29,093 nt of DNA from Alphaproteobacteria bacterium (lineage in GTDB: Bacteria > Pseudomonadota > Alphaproteobacteria > UBA6615): contig CBDHEC010000029.1 of assembly GCA_965261975.1 (NCBI GenBank), positions 1-29,093 on the forward strand. Direction: 5' to 3'. This document shows positions 8,559 through 17,976 of this stretch, piece after piece. The notes under the pieces were generated by a model. That model was not told the DNA's origin and did not search any database. It saw only the letters and a program-made list of their open reading frames with translations. The position numbers were made by a program, and so were the translations under genes. Numbering within the stretch: position 1 is the first letter of the stretch; every line of letters starts with the position of its first letter.

Positions 8559-10634
8559 TCAGCGGCAGTCGAGGATGTAGCTGTCGGCGGCGCTCAGTCG
8601 CGCGGACATCCCCGGATAGACGACGATGGTCGTGGTGGGTTCCTCGATGATGGCCGGTCCCGTGACCGTGTCGCCGGCCTGGAGATCGGGCCCCCTGAAG
8701 ATCGGTGTCGCGACGGGGCTGTCGCCGCCGAAGAAACATTCCCGCGTGGTTGCGGAGTCGGACGCGTTGCTGTCCGTTGTCGGTTCCGGTGCGGCCGGCG
8801 GGTCGAAAGGCTGGATCGAGATGCGTCCCTTCCAGTTCACGCATTCGACCGGGCTGCCCTCGTCGCGCACCGCGTAGATGCGTTCATGGGTCTTGTGGAA
8901 TGTCTCCACCAGCTCGGCGACGTCCGCGTCGTTTTCGAGGCGGGGTTTCGGGAGCGCGGTGTCGAGCTCCCAGACCTGCGCGCGGTAGCGTGCCTCGACG
9001 AAGAACTCGATGCTGACCTGGGCATCTTTCGACGTGCCGAGGCTGTCGCGGAATTCCATCAGTTCGGCCTCGATCTCGTCGAGGGAGCGGTTGGCACCCT
9101 CCCGGTCGAACCCGTTCGAATCCGTAAACCGCGAGCGTGTCGCCTCGAACACGATGGACGAGAATTGCATCCCGCAGGCCGACAGGGCCGAGGCGGTGCG
9201 GGGCAGGATCACCGTGTCGCAGCCCAGCTCCTGGGCGATCGGCATGATGTTGAAGCCCGCCGCTCCGCCGCCGGCGACGATGACGCTCTCGCGCGGGTTC
9301 AGCCCGTCATTGACGGTGATCTCGCCGATCGCCTTGATCATCAGTTCGTTGGCGATGACCATGATCGAGTGCGCCGTCTCGTCGACGCCCTTGCCCATGC
9401 TTTCCGCCAGTTTCGAGATCACCGCGACGGCGGCGTCGCGGTCGAGTGACAGGCGCCCGCCGTTGAAATAACCGGGGTCGATATAACCGAGCACCAGGGC
9501 TGCATCGGTGACCGTGGGTTCCGTGCCGCCGGCACCATAACAGGCCGGGCCCGGGACGGAGCCCGCCGACTGGGGGCCGACCCGCAGCAATCCGCCCGGG
9601 TCCACCCAGGCGATGGAGCCGCCGCCCGCGCCCACCGAACGGACGTCGACGGTGGAGGTGCCCATGATGTCGCCGGTCCACAGGGGGCCGAGCCAGGAAT
9701 CGCGGGAATAGATCAGGTTGCCGTCGCGCACCAGGCCGACGTCGAAGGTCGTGCCGCCGGTGTCGCAGACGATCACGTCGCCGCCCATCCGTTCCAGCGC
9801 GGAATAGGCGCGTGCCGCGACCGGGGCCATGGCCGGCCCCGACTTGAGCGTGTTGATCGGGCGCTCGACGAGGGATTCGACCTCCTGGCAGCCGCCGACG
9901 GCCGTGGAGACCAGCAAATCGCCGGCAAACCCGCTGTCGGCGAGATCCGTGCGCATCTGGCGCAGATGCGCCTGCATGAGAGGTTTCAGCGAGGCATCGA
10001 TCGCCGTCGCCGAGGCGCGGCGATATTCGCGCAGGATTGGCGCGAGCCGGTGCGACAGGGTGTAGGGCACCCCTGGCATGATCTCCTCGATCAGCTCGCC
10101 GAGCCGGGCCTCGTGGGCCTCGTTGGCGATCGACCAGAGCAGGGACACCGCGATGGCCTCGAAGCCGCGGGCCTTCAGGGTCTCGATGACTTCGCGGGCC
10201 TGGGCCTCGTCGAGCGCCCGGACGACTTCGCCCGAGGCGCCGATGCGCTCATTGATTTCGAAGGTGCGCCTGCGGGGAATATAGGGTTGCGGGTAGTCGT
10301 AGCTGTAGTCATGGGGGCCGTGCTTGCCGCCCTCCTTGAACACCAGGATATCGCGGAAGCCGGCGGTGGTCAGGAATGCCGTGCGCGCGGTCTGCTTGGT
10401 GACGATCGCGTTGGTGGCCCGCGTGGTGCCGTAGATCAGCAGGTCCGTCGCGGCAAGCATGTCCTTCGGGGTTGTCTCGAAGGTTTCGGCGACGACCTCG
10501 AGGGCGTTGAACATGCCCTCCGATATCCGGTCCGGGGTCGTCAGCGCCTTGCCGACGTGAAACTCGCCATCTTCACTGAGCACGACCATGTCCGTGAACG
10601 TGCCGCCGGTGTCGACGGAAATACGGTAACCCAT
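8559..10634 (-). CDS. Hydantoinase A/oxoprolinase family ATP-binding subunit (HyuA-like)
   Basis: Motifs VDTGGTFTD, GTTRATNA, SGPA, DTGGTTFDV, GAGGGSIA and SAGSVPGPACY. Start taken as ATG 10634. Confidence 0.94.
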   Translation of the reverse strand: MGYRISVDTGGTFTDMVVLSEDGEFHVGKALTTPDRISEGMFNALEVVAETFETTPKDMLAATDLLIYGTTRATNAIVTKQTARTAFLTTAGFRDILVFKEGGKHGPHDYSYDYPQPYIPRRRTFEINERIGASGEVVRALDEAQAREVIETLKARGFEAIAVSLLWSIANEAHEARLGELIEEIMPGVPYTLSHRLAPILREYRRASATAIDASLKPLMQAHLRQMRTDLADSGFAGDLLVSTAVGGCQEVESLVERPINTLKSGPAMAPVAARAYSALERMGGDVIVCDTGGTTFDVGLVRDGNLIYSRDSWLGPLWTGDIMGTSTVDVRSVGAGGGSIAWVDPGGLLRVGPQSAGSVPGPACYGAGGTEPTVTDAALVLGYIDPGYFNGGRLSLDRDAAVAVISKLAESMGKGVDETAHSIMVIANELMIKAIGEITVNDGLNPRESVIVAGGGAAGFNIMPIAQELGCDTVILPRTASALSACGMQFSSIVFEATRSRFTDSNGFDREGANRSLDEIEAELMEFRDSLGTSKDAQVSIEFFVEARYRAQVWELDTALPKPRLENDADVAELVETFHKTHERIYAVRDEGSPVECVNWKGRISIQPFDPPAAPEPTTDSNASDSATTRECFFGGDSPVATPIFRGPDLQAGDTVTGPAIIEEPTTTIVVYPGMSARLSAADSYILDCR

Positions 10635-10756
10635 TAACTCTTCCCCCTGATGAAACACCGTGGCTTTTGCTTCATGTTTGCCTGCGGCGAGACGCGCCTG
10701 ATGCGCCATGCTTTAATACTCCAACACACGGGCTTATGACGCAACGGAGAACAAGA

Positions 10757-11383
10757 ATGGATTACGCCGAACGGGGCTATGGCGACGGCGAGGTGGGCTG
10801 GGGCGAGCGCCCCGGCGTGGTGGTCGTCGACTTTCAGCGCGGCTTCACCGATCCGGAGTTCCGGATGGGCGGCGCGCCGATGATCGATGCTGCGGTGGAG
10901 CGCACGGTGGACGTGATCCGGGCGGCCAAGGATTGCGGGTTTCCTGTCGCCGCTTGTGTGATGGGCTACCACTCCCAGGCGGCGATGCCCCACTGGAAGA
11001 TCGCGCCGCTGCGCGAAGAGTTGGTCGAGGGGCATCCGTCAGTCGAGCTTGACCCGCGAATCGCCGCGGCAGAACCGGACCTCGTCGTCACGAAGGGCGC
11101 GCCGTCGATCTTCTTCAACACCCAGGTATCACCGTTCCTGATCAAGCACGGGGTCGACACGGTCGTCGTCACCGGCTGCATTACCTCGGGTTGCGTGCGC
11201 GCCTCGGTGATCGACGCCTTCAGCCTCGGGTTTCGCACGATTGTGCCGGAAGATTGTGTCGGCGATCATGACGAGGAACCCCACCAGGCGAACCTGCGTG
11301 ATGTGGACCGGCGATACGCCGATGTCGTCGACGCGGAAACGGTGCTCTCGAACTTCGAACGGTTGCGCGGCCGAAACAGCTAG
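10757..11383 (+). CDS. Isochorismatase-family cysteine hydrolase (N-carbamoylsarcosine amidase/maleamate amidohydrolase-like)
   Basis: Asp-Lys-Cys triad in VVDFQ, VTKGAPSIF and GCITSGCVRASVIDA. ATG 10757 follows a GGAGA RBS. Confidence 0.92.
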   Translation: MDYAERGYGDGEVGWGERPGVVVVDFQRGFTDPEFRMGGAPMIDAAVERTVDVIRAAKDCGFPVAACVMGYHSQAAMPHWKIAPLREELVEGHPSVELDPRIAAAEPDLVVTKGAPSIFFNTQVSPFLIKHGVDTVVVTGCITSGCVRASVIDAFSLGFRTIVPEDCVGDHDEEPHQANLRDVDRRYADVVDAETVLSNFERLRGRNS

Positions 11384-12192
11384 TCCAGGTCGCGGAAGGG
11401 CGCCTCGCGCTCGGCCAGCACGTCTTTCAGAGGTTCATCGCGCATCTTGCGCATCCAGGCGCGTCCCTCCGGTGATGCGTGCAGGGACGAGATCGCCTCG
11501 ACATTGTAGAGCCACGAACTGGTGAGGCCCGCGCTCTCCTGCTGGTGGTTGATCGAGGCCTTCGCGAACTTGATCGCGGGCCCGGGGATGCGCGCGAGCT
11601 TGCGCGCAAGGCGCCGCGCCTCGTCCATAAGCTGATCTCCCGGCACGGCCCGGTTCACAAGATGGATTCGCTCGGCCTCCCGGCCGTCCACCATGTCGCC
11701 GGTGTACATTAGCCAGCGCACATGCCGGATCGGCATGGTCCAGGGCATCATCAGCGAGGGTGGGCCGGACGCATGACGCACTTCCGGCTCGCCGAGCATC
11801 GCGTCGTCGGCCGCCAGCGCCAGGTCGCAGCACATGGCGAGTTCGAGACCGCCGGCCAGCGCGAAGCCGTTGATGGCCGCGATGACCGGCACGTCCGAAC
11901 TCCAGATGGTGCGCAGACGCTCGCAATTCGCCGACATGTCTTCACGCCACGCTTCGGTGTCCATCTCGAAATCATCGCTGATCAGGTCGAACCCCGTCGT
12001 AAAGGCGCGGCCCGCGCCGGTCAGGATGATCGCGCGAATGTCGGGATCTTTTTGCGCGTCGCGTACGGCGTCGTCGATGGCGTCGAGAAGTTCGAGATCG
12101 AGCGCGTTCAGCTTGTCGGGCCGGTTCATTGTCAGCGTCACGAAGGCGTCGTCGGGGTCGCGTTCGATGAGGAGTACGGGGGCGTCGGTCAT
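11380..12192 (-). CDS. Enoyl-CoA hydratase/isomerase (crotonase) family protein
   Basis: Motifs LTMNRPDKLNAL, LTGAGRAFTTGFDL, AAINGFALAGGLEL and GEPEV, so both crotonase Glu positions are present. Confidence 0.93.
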   Translation of the reverse strand: MTDAPVLLIERDPDDAFVTLTMNRPDKLNALDLELLDAIDDAVRDAQKDPDIRAIILTGAGRAFTTGFDLISDDFEMDTEAWREDMSANCERLRTIWSSDVPVIAAINGFALAGGLELAMCCDLALAADDAMLGEPEVRHASGPPSLMMPWTMPIRHVRWLMYTGDMVDGREAERIHLVNRAVPGDQLMDEARRLARKLARIPGPAIKFAKASINHQQESAGLTSSWLYNVEAISSLHASPEGRAWMRKMRDEPLKDVLAEREAPFRDLD

Positions 12193-12225
12193 TATCCGGG
12201 TTCCTTGGGTTGGACGTTGCCGGGA

Positions 12226-13980
12226 TCAGATGTTGTCGGGGCAGATAATGCCCGGGTCAGGGGTGTCACCATAGAGCCGCTCGACCAGTTCGGCACGATT
12301 GCGCAGGCAGGTCTTCTGGACGAGGTGGCCCTTGTCGTTGATCTCGCCGGCCGAACGGTCGGGCGGACCGTCCGCGATCGCGGCGCGAAAGACAGAAGTT
12401 GAGCTGCCCGGCATGGCGGCGTTGTGGGCGCTCAGTGCCTGGGCCATGCGTGCCTGTAAATCGTCATCATGTTCCGCCATGGCCGCTTCCGTCGGGAACA
12501 GGATGGCCGCAATTCGAGCTTGTCCGGCCCCGGCAATGGCGACGTCCTGCAGGTCGGGGGCACAGGCCGCGAGCAGCGCATGACGCAGGGCGCCGACCTT
12601 GACCCGCGATCCCGTGGTCAGCTTGAAGTCCTCGGCAAGTCGGCCGTCGAAGCAAAGCCCGTGCTCGGGTGCATCGTCATGCAAGGCAAGGGCGAGATCG
12701 CCGGTCCGCAGGAACCCGTCGTCGTCGAGGGACAGGCTCTCAAGCCCGCCCGGTCCGACATAACCCGGCGACACATTCGGCCCGCGAAACCGAACCTCCA
12801 GCGCACCGTCGACCGGCGCCAGGCGCAAGGCGTGGCCCGGCAGGGGGAGGCCGATTTCGTCTGTACGCCCGGCCGGTTCATGTCCGAGGCACATGGTCGA
12901 GCCGGCCTCCGTGGCACCGTATCCCGACAGAACCAGCGGCGGGCTGCCGGGCCCATGGGGTCCCGCCGCGACGGCATCCCGCAGGCGTTGCCATGTCGGC
13001 GCGCCCATGCCCGCACCAGCGAAGAAAATCAGGTCAAGGCGCTCGAACAGCGCCGCGCGGGTTTTTGCATCGTCGGCCAGATGGTCGAGCAGCAGGTCGA
13101 TGCCATAGGGCACGTTGATGTGGATCGTCGGTCGGACGTCGCGGATGCGCTGGGCGAATGCGTCCATGTTGTCGGGCCCCGGCGGCGCCTCGACATGGTA
13201 GGCGCCACCGAACCAGATCATCTTGTGGAAATTATCGAGCCCGCCGAAAACATGGTGCCAGGGCAGCCAGTCGATCAGCACGGGTCGCCGGGCCGCGAGA
13301 AACGGCCAGTGCACGCCATAGGCACATTGGCAGGACGCAATCATGCGCCGGGTGATCGACACCCCCTTGGGGACCCCGGTGGAGCCGGACGTGAAATAGA
13401 TCGCGGCGCGGTCGTCCGGGGCGGTGACGGCGCGCGAGAACGGGGATTCGGGGGCTTCCTGCAGTTCGTTCGGGTCGACGACCGTACCGCATAGAGTGGT
13501 CAACTCCGCGTTGATTTCCTGTGGCGACGCGACGGTGACGCTTGGCGCGGCGGCGGCAAGGAGGCCCGCCAGTCGCTTGCGCCCGTGGTGCGATGTCAGA
13601 AGCAGCGGCGACAGCGGGACATGCACCAGCCCCGCCTTGAGGCAGGCGAGTTTCAGCGCCGCATGCAGCGCACCGGCTCCCGCGATGACCGCGACCGCTG
13701 CGCCGGGCGCGAGGCCGCGTGTGACCAGATCATCCGCCAGCGCGTCGGAGCGGCGATCGATTTCGCCATAGGTCGTCGTGAGTATGTCGCCGTTCTTGCG
13801 CTCGCTGATGAAAGTCGCGTCACGGTCCGATTCCACCCAATGGTCGAACCGGGCCAGTATGTCGGGCAACGGGTCGGGCAAAACGGCGCGGTTGTGCAGC
13901 AGGACCGAGCCATCGGGCCAATCCTCGCGCTCGATTTGGTTGGGTGCCAGTCTGACGTCGGACCTGGGGGCGGCGGGCAT
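12226..13980 (-). CDS. AMP-binding acyl-CoA ligase, feruloyl-CoA synthetase-like
   Basis: Motifs YFTSGSTGVPKG, DWLPWHHVFGG, GYGATE, RGPNVSPGY, TGD, DGRLAEDFKLTTG and GEINDKG. Start is uncertain (ATG 13980 or TTG 14001). Confidence 0.87.
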   Translation of the reverse strand: MPAAPRSDVRLAPNQIEREDWPDGSVLLHNRAVLPDPLPDILARFDHWVESDRDATFISERKNGDILTTTYGEIDRRSDALADDLVTRGLAPGAAVAVIAGAGALHAALKLACLKAGLVHVPLSPLLLTSHHGRKRLAGLLAAAAPSVTVASPQEINAELTTLCGTVVDPNELQEAPESPFSRAVTAPDDRAAIYFTSGSTGVPKGVSITRRMIASCQCAYGVHWPFLAARRPVLIDWLPWHHVFGGLDNFHKMIWFGGAYHVEAPPGPDNMDAFAQRIRDVRPTIHINVPYGIDLLLDHLADDAKTRAALFERLDLIFFAGAGMGAPTWQRLRDAVAAGPHGPGSPPLVLSGYGATEAGSTMCLGHEPAGRTDEIGLPLPGHALRLAPVDGALEVRFRGPNVSPGYVGPGGLESLSLDDDGFLRTGDLALALHDDAPEHGLCFDGRLAEDFKLTTGSRVKVGALRHALLAACAPDLQDVAIAGAGQARIAAILFPTEAAMAEHDDDLQARMAQALSAHNAAMPGSSTSVFRAAIADGPPDRSAGEINDKGHLVQKTCLRNRAELVERLYGDTPDPGIICPDNI

Positions 13981-14131
13981 GGCGTGTGTTCGGTTGTGCA
14001 AAGTCTCTTCGGGAGTTCGAACAATGGCAGAGCCGATCTTGCCTCTGCAACCGGCGGCGAAAACCTGCCTCTCGCATTCCGGCGCCGGGTCGGGCTAAAT
14101 CTGTTCGCGAAGATATGTTGAGGAAAGTTCC

Positions 14132-14761
14132 ATGACGTCCAGCCCAACCGTGATCGACCACCCGTTGCTGCAGCACAAGATTTCGTTGCTACGTGACAAG
14201 AATACGCCGTCGATCATTTTTCGGCTGCTGGTGCGTGAGATTGCCCAGCTCATGATGTTTGAGGCGACCCGCGATCTGGCGCTGACCGAACGGGAAATCG
14301 AAACGCCCCTGTCGAAGATGACGGCACCTGTCTTGGCCGAACCCGGGCCGGTGCTGGCATCGATCATGCGGGCGGGAAATGTGATGCTGGACGCCGGATT
14401 GGAGATCATCCCGTCCGCGAGTGTCTGCCATATCGGAATCTATCGGGACCACGATACCCTCGAGGCAGTCGAGTATTATTTCAATGGCCCACCGGACATC
14501 GCGGAACGTGCACTCTTGATCGTCGATCCCATGCTCGCGACCGCCAACTCGTCGGTCGATGCGATCTCCCAGCTCAAGGCGCGCGGCGTGACCGACATGC
14601 GCCTGATCTGCATCCTGGCCGCGCCCGAGGGGCTGGCCGCCCTGGCCGCGGAACATCCCGACGTGCCGGTCTTCGTCGGGACGGTCGACAACCATCTCAA
14701 CGAGAAGGGCTACATCGTTCCGGGACTGGGCGATGCCGGCGACCGCAGCTACGCCACCTGA
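14132..14761 (+). CDS. upp: Uracil phosphoribosyltransferase
   Basis: HPLLQHKISLLRDK, IMRAG, the PRPP loop IVDPMLATANS, and the C-terminal YIVPGLGDAGDR. Length is 209 aa. Confidence 0.95.
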   Translation: MTSSPTVIDHPLLQHKISLLRDKNTPSIIFRLLVREIAQLMMFEATRDLALTEREIETPLSKMTAPVLAEPGPVLASIMRAGNVMLDAGLEIIPSASVCHIGIYRDHDTLEAVEYYFNGPPDIAERALLIVDPMLATANSSVDAISQLKARGVTDMRLICILAAPEGLAALAAEHPDVPVFVGTVDNHLNEKGYIVPGLGDAGDRSYAT

Positions 14762-14781
14762 CCGCGGGCCTTCCGGGCTTC

Positions 14782-15693
14782 TCAGAGATACTTCTTGAAC
14801 CACGCCGCGGTTTCCCGCGCGACGGTCTCGAAATGTTCCGAGTTCGAGAACTCGTAGACCTGATTGTGGCGCGCCTCCGGCAACTCGACCAGCTTCTTCG
14901 GCTCACCGCATTTCTCGAAAGTCAGTCGCGCTTCCTCGGGCGGGACCATCACATCGTAGCCGGCGGCGAAGAACAGCACCGGTCGCGGTGATATGCGGTC
15001 GACCACCCAGTCGGGCTTATAGCGGAACGCGGCCTCCGCGCTCTCCATGTCCACATAAGGATCGTCCGCGGCACCATGTTCCTCGACCGTCATCGTCGGC
15101 TTGTCGGCGGCGTCGGGGTCGAGCGGGTAGATGTCGTAGCGATAGATGTCCTGCGTCTCTCCGGTGACCACCCGGTGGCGCGCTTCGGCGCGCACGCTGT
15201 CGCGGAACTTGTACCAGTCATACGCCGAGCGAACGGAGCGCAGCCAGCGTTCGCCGTCATGCACGCCCACGGCCGATACGACAACCTTCAGGCGCGGGTC
15301 GAAGGCCGCGGCCCAGACAGCGTTGGCGGCGCCGAAGCTTGAGCCGTAGACCCCGATGCGGTCGGAATCGACGCCCTCGACCGTTTCCAGGTAGGTCGCG
15401 GCGTCATAGACATTCTGCGCCTGTTCGAGTGGCCGGTGGCGGCGGCGCGGGCCTTCGGCGTCGCCATAGCCGACATAATCGGGCGCCAAAGCCATGAACC
15501 CTTCCCGGGCCATGCGGCGCGGGATATCCACGGTCGCGATGTTCTTTCGGCCGGAATAACCCGTCAGGCTGATGACCGTCGGCAGTGCCGGGTCGCCGGG
15601 CTTCCAGCTCGCGGGGCGATAGAGGTGGGCGGCAATCTTGTGCCCGTCGCTGTAGTAGACGATGTCCTCGCGGCTGTAATCTTCTGTCGTCAT
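14782..15693 (-). CDS. Alpha/beta-fold serine hydrolase
   Basis: APDYVGYGDAEG, the nucleophile elbow GVYGSSFGA, a candidate Asp in GYDVMVP and a candidate His in ARHNQVY. Confidence 0.88.
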   Translation of the reverse strand: MTTEDYSREDIVYYSDGHKIAAHLYRPASWKPGDPALPTVISLTGYSGRKNIATVDIPRRMAREGFMALAPDYVGYGDAEGPRRRHRPLEQAQNVYDAATYLETVEGVDSDRIGVYGSSFGAANAVWAAAFDPRLKVVVSAVGVHDGERWLRSVRSAYDWYKFRDSVRAEARHRVVTGETQDIYRYDIYPLDPDAADKPTMTVEEHGAADDPYVDMESAEAAFRYKPDWVVDRISPRPVLFFAAGYDVMVPPEEARLTFEKCGEPKKLVELPEARHNQVYEFSNSEHFETVARETAAWFKKYL

Positions 15694-15774
15694 CGCCCGT
15701 TATCCTCTGTCGCTCGCCACGTCAGTACGCCGTGTTCGCGTGTACGATACCGACACGGCCCGCCGACAGAAAGA

Positions 15775-16677
15775 TCACGCGCGTATGGAGTCGATTTCCT
15801 CGACGAGGAAGTCGATGAAGGCGCGTGTCTTCAGCGCCAGGGTGCGCTGCGCGGGATAGAGAACGAACACCGCTCCCTCGACCCTCTCGAAGTCGGGCAG
15901 GAGGCGAACGAGGCGGCCGTCGGCGATGTCGGCCGCGACCACATGATAGGGCACGCGCGCGATCCCCGCGCCGGCCAACGCGGCTTCGCGTGCGACCGAC
16001 AGGTTGGAACTGCTGATGGGGCCGTCGACGCGGACCGTGTGATCGACACCATCGATGTCGAAGACCCAGTCCGTTGCCATGATCGCGGCGGTGAGCGGCA
16101 GGCAGGCATGGTCGACCAGCTGCTTGGGATGTGACGGCGTTCCCCGGCGCGCGATGTAGTCCGGGCTGGCGCAGACGACGTGCGGGGTTTCCATGATCTT
16201 TCGCGCGACGAGGGAGGAGTCCGGCAAACTCGCGGCGGCGCGAATGACGATGTCGAAGCCGTCGCCGACCGGGTCGGCATAGTTGTCGGAGAGCACGGCA
16301 TCGACGCGCACCTCGGGGTAGCGCGCAACAAATCGCGGCAGCATCGGCGATATGAACATATGCCCGAACGAAACCGGCATGGTGACACGCACCAGGCCGC
16401 GCGGTGATGCCGTCACGGCGTGCACCATCTCTGCGCCCTCGCCAAGCGCGTCGAGGGCCGTGGCGACGCTGGCCTGGTAGGCCAGCCCCGCTTCGGTAAG
16501 CGCGAGGTGCCGCGTTGTACGTGCGATCAGGCGCGTGCCGAGACGGGCCTCCAGCTCGGCGATAGCCTTGCTGACGGTCGAGGGAGATAGCCCGAGCTGC
16601 TCGGCGGCGCCTCGAAAGCTGCCGGTCTCCGATACGGCGTTGAACATCTCCAGCGAGCGGGTGGAGGGCAATGTCAT
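15775..16677 (-). CDS. LysR-family transcriptional regulator (CrgA/DmlR-like)
   Basis: HTH GSFRGAAEQLGLSPSTVSKAIAELEARLGTRLIARTTR, plus PRGLVRVTMP and CASPDY..RRGTP.HP. Confidence 0.96.
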   Translation of the reverse strand: MTLPSTRSLEMFNAVSETGSFRGAAEQLGLSPSTVSKAIAELEARLGTRLIARTTRHLALTEAGLAYQASVATALDALGEGAEMVHAVTASPRGLVRVTMPVSFGHMFISPMLPRFVARYPEVRVDAVLSDNYADPVGDGFDIVIRAAASLPDSSLVARKIMETPHVVCASPDYIARRGTPSHPKQLVDHACLPLTAAIMATDWVFDIDGVDHTVRVDGPISSSNLSVAREAALAGAGIARVPYHVVAADIADGRLVRLLPDFERVEGAVFVLYPAQRTLALKTRAFIDFLVEEIDSIRA

Positions 16678-16691
16678 GAACGTGAAGTTAC

Positions 16692-16734
16692 TTCACCAAT
16701 AAAATGAAATCTATTGGATTGCTGAATTTATTGG
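16692..16734. promoter_or_regulatory. AT-rich inverted repeats in the LysR/OYE divergent promoter; candidate LysR operator
   Basis: TTCA-N9-TGAA (16692-16708), CCAATA-N10-TATTGG (16696-16717) and CCAATAAA...TTTATTGG (16696-16734), all immediately upstream of the LysR start. Confidence 0.5.
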
Positions 16735-16890
16735 AAATTGCGATGGTCGGCTCCAGATCGAATGCGCGGTCTTTTCTGATCGGGTGTAGGGTGTATCCGC
16801 GCCTGTGATTTGGCTTGGTGGGTCGCTTATCTGCGCTCAACTGCCGATCGAACCGAACGCGTCCGAAATAGAACTTGAGGGGAATCTTCG

Positions 16891-17976
16891 ATGTCCGAGT
16901 ACAGCAATTTGTTTCAGAGCTACGATATGCGCGGCTTGGCGCTGCCCCATCGCGTTGTAATGGCGCCGATGACGCGCAGCCGCGCGGGCGAGGGCGATGT
17001 TCAGGGTGAGATGAATGCAGAATATTACGCGCAGCGCGCGTCTGCGGCGCTGATCGTGACGGAAGGTGTGCAACCGAGCCTCGACGGCAAGGGCTATTGC
17101 CGGACCCCGGGCATTCACACGGACGAGCAGGTCGCGGGTTGGAAAGCAATCACCGACGGGGTGCATGCGAAGGGCGGACGGATCGTGTGCCAGTTGATGC
17201 ATGCGGGCCGGATCGCGCATCCGCTCAACAAGAGCGGCGGAAATATTGTGTCGGCGTCGGCGGTGCAGGCCGGTGGCCAGATGTTCACGGTGCAGGAAGG
17301 GCCGCAGGATCACCCGGTTCCCCACGCGCTGACGACGGACGAGGTGAAGGTAACGATTGGAGAGTTTCGGCACGCGGCCGAATGCATCCAGCGCGCCGGT
17401 TTTGACGGTGTCGAGCTGCATGCCGGCCAGGGGTATCTGCCGATGCAGTTCATGTCTCCCAATGTGAACCAGCGCGATGACGAGTATGGCGGGTCGGTCG
17501 CCAACCGCGTGCGGTTCCCGATCGAGATCATGGAACAGCTGGTCGACGTGATGGGGGCCGACAAGGTGGGCATCCGCATCGCACCGGGTAACACCTTCAA
17601 CGACGTGAAGGATGACCATCCTGAGGAGACCTATACGGCGCTGTTGCAGGGTATTCGTCCGCTGAACCCGGTCTATCTGCATGTGGTCACGCCGTTCCCG
17701 CATATGAGCCACGCCGTGCCGGAGAATGTGACGGAGCTGTGTCGCAGCAACTTCGACGGCACCCTGATCCGCAACGGCGGTTACACCGCGGAAAGCGCGG
17801 ATGCCGCGATCGCGTCCGGCGAGGCGGACCTCGTGGCGTTCGGAAAGATGTTCCTGGCGAACCCGGATCTGCCGAAGCGATTCGAGGTGGGCGCGGAGCT
17901 GAACGAGTGGGACATGGACACGTTCTACGCACCGGGGCCCAAGGGGTACATCGACTACCCGACCCTGGAAGGATGA
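16891..17976 (+). CDS. Old Yellow Enzyme-family alkene reductase (NemA-like)
   Basis: RVVMAPMTRSRA, YYAQRASAALIVTEG, QLMHAGR, GFDGVELHAGQGY, RDDEYGGS, NPDLPKRF and FY...KGYIDYP. Confidence 0.95.
   Translation: MSEYSNLFQSYDMRGLALPHRVVMAPMTRSRAGEGDVQGEMNAEYYAQRASAALIVTEGVQPSLDGKGYCRTPGIHTDEQVAGWKAITDGVHAKGGRIVCQLMHAGRIAHPLNKSGGNIVSASAVQAGGQMFTVQEGPQDHPVPHALTTDEVKVTIGEFRHAAECIQRAGFDGVELHAGQGYLPMQFMSPNVNQRDDEYGGSVANRVRFPIEIMEQLVDVMGADKVGIRIAPGNTFNDVKDDHPEETYTALLQGIRPLNPVYLHVVTPFPHMSHAVPENVTELCRSNFDGTLIRNGGYTAESADAAIASGEADLVAFGKMFLANPDLPKRFEVGAELNEWDMDTFYAPGPKGYIDYPTLEG

Noticed and set aside
10694-10708. Sigma54-like TGGCGC-N5-GCGC on the minus strand before the hydantoinase A gene
   Set aside because: The -12 element lacks TTGC and no enhancer-binding protein is nearby, so a chance match is likely.
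5371-11383. Convergent gene pairs sharing CTAG stop overlaps (5371-5374 and 11380-11383)
   Set aside because: A common compact arrangement that supports the gene ends but is not novel.
4136-13494. Long ORFs opposite the AKR, hydantoinase and ligase genes (for example 4136-5059, 7531-8580, 8523-9449, 12469-13494)
   Set aside because: Same shadow-ORF artefact; they overlap confident genes on the other strand.
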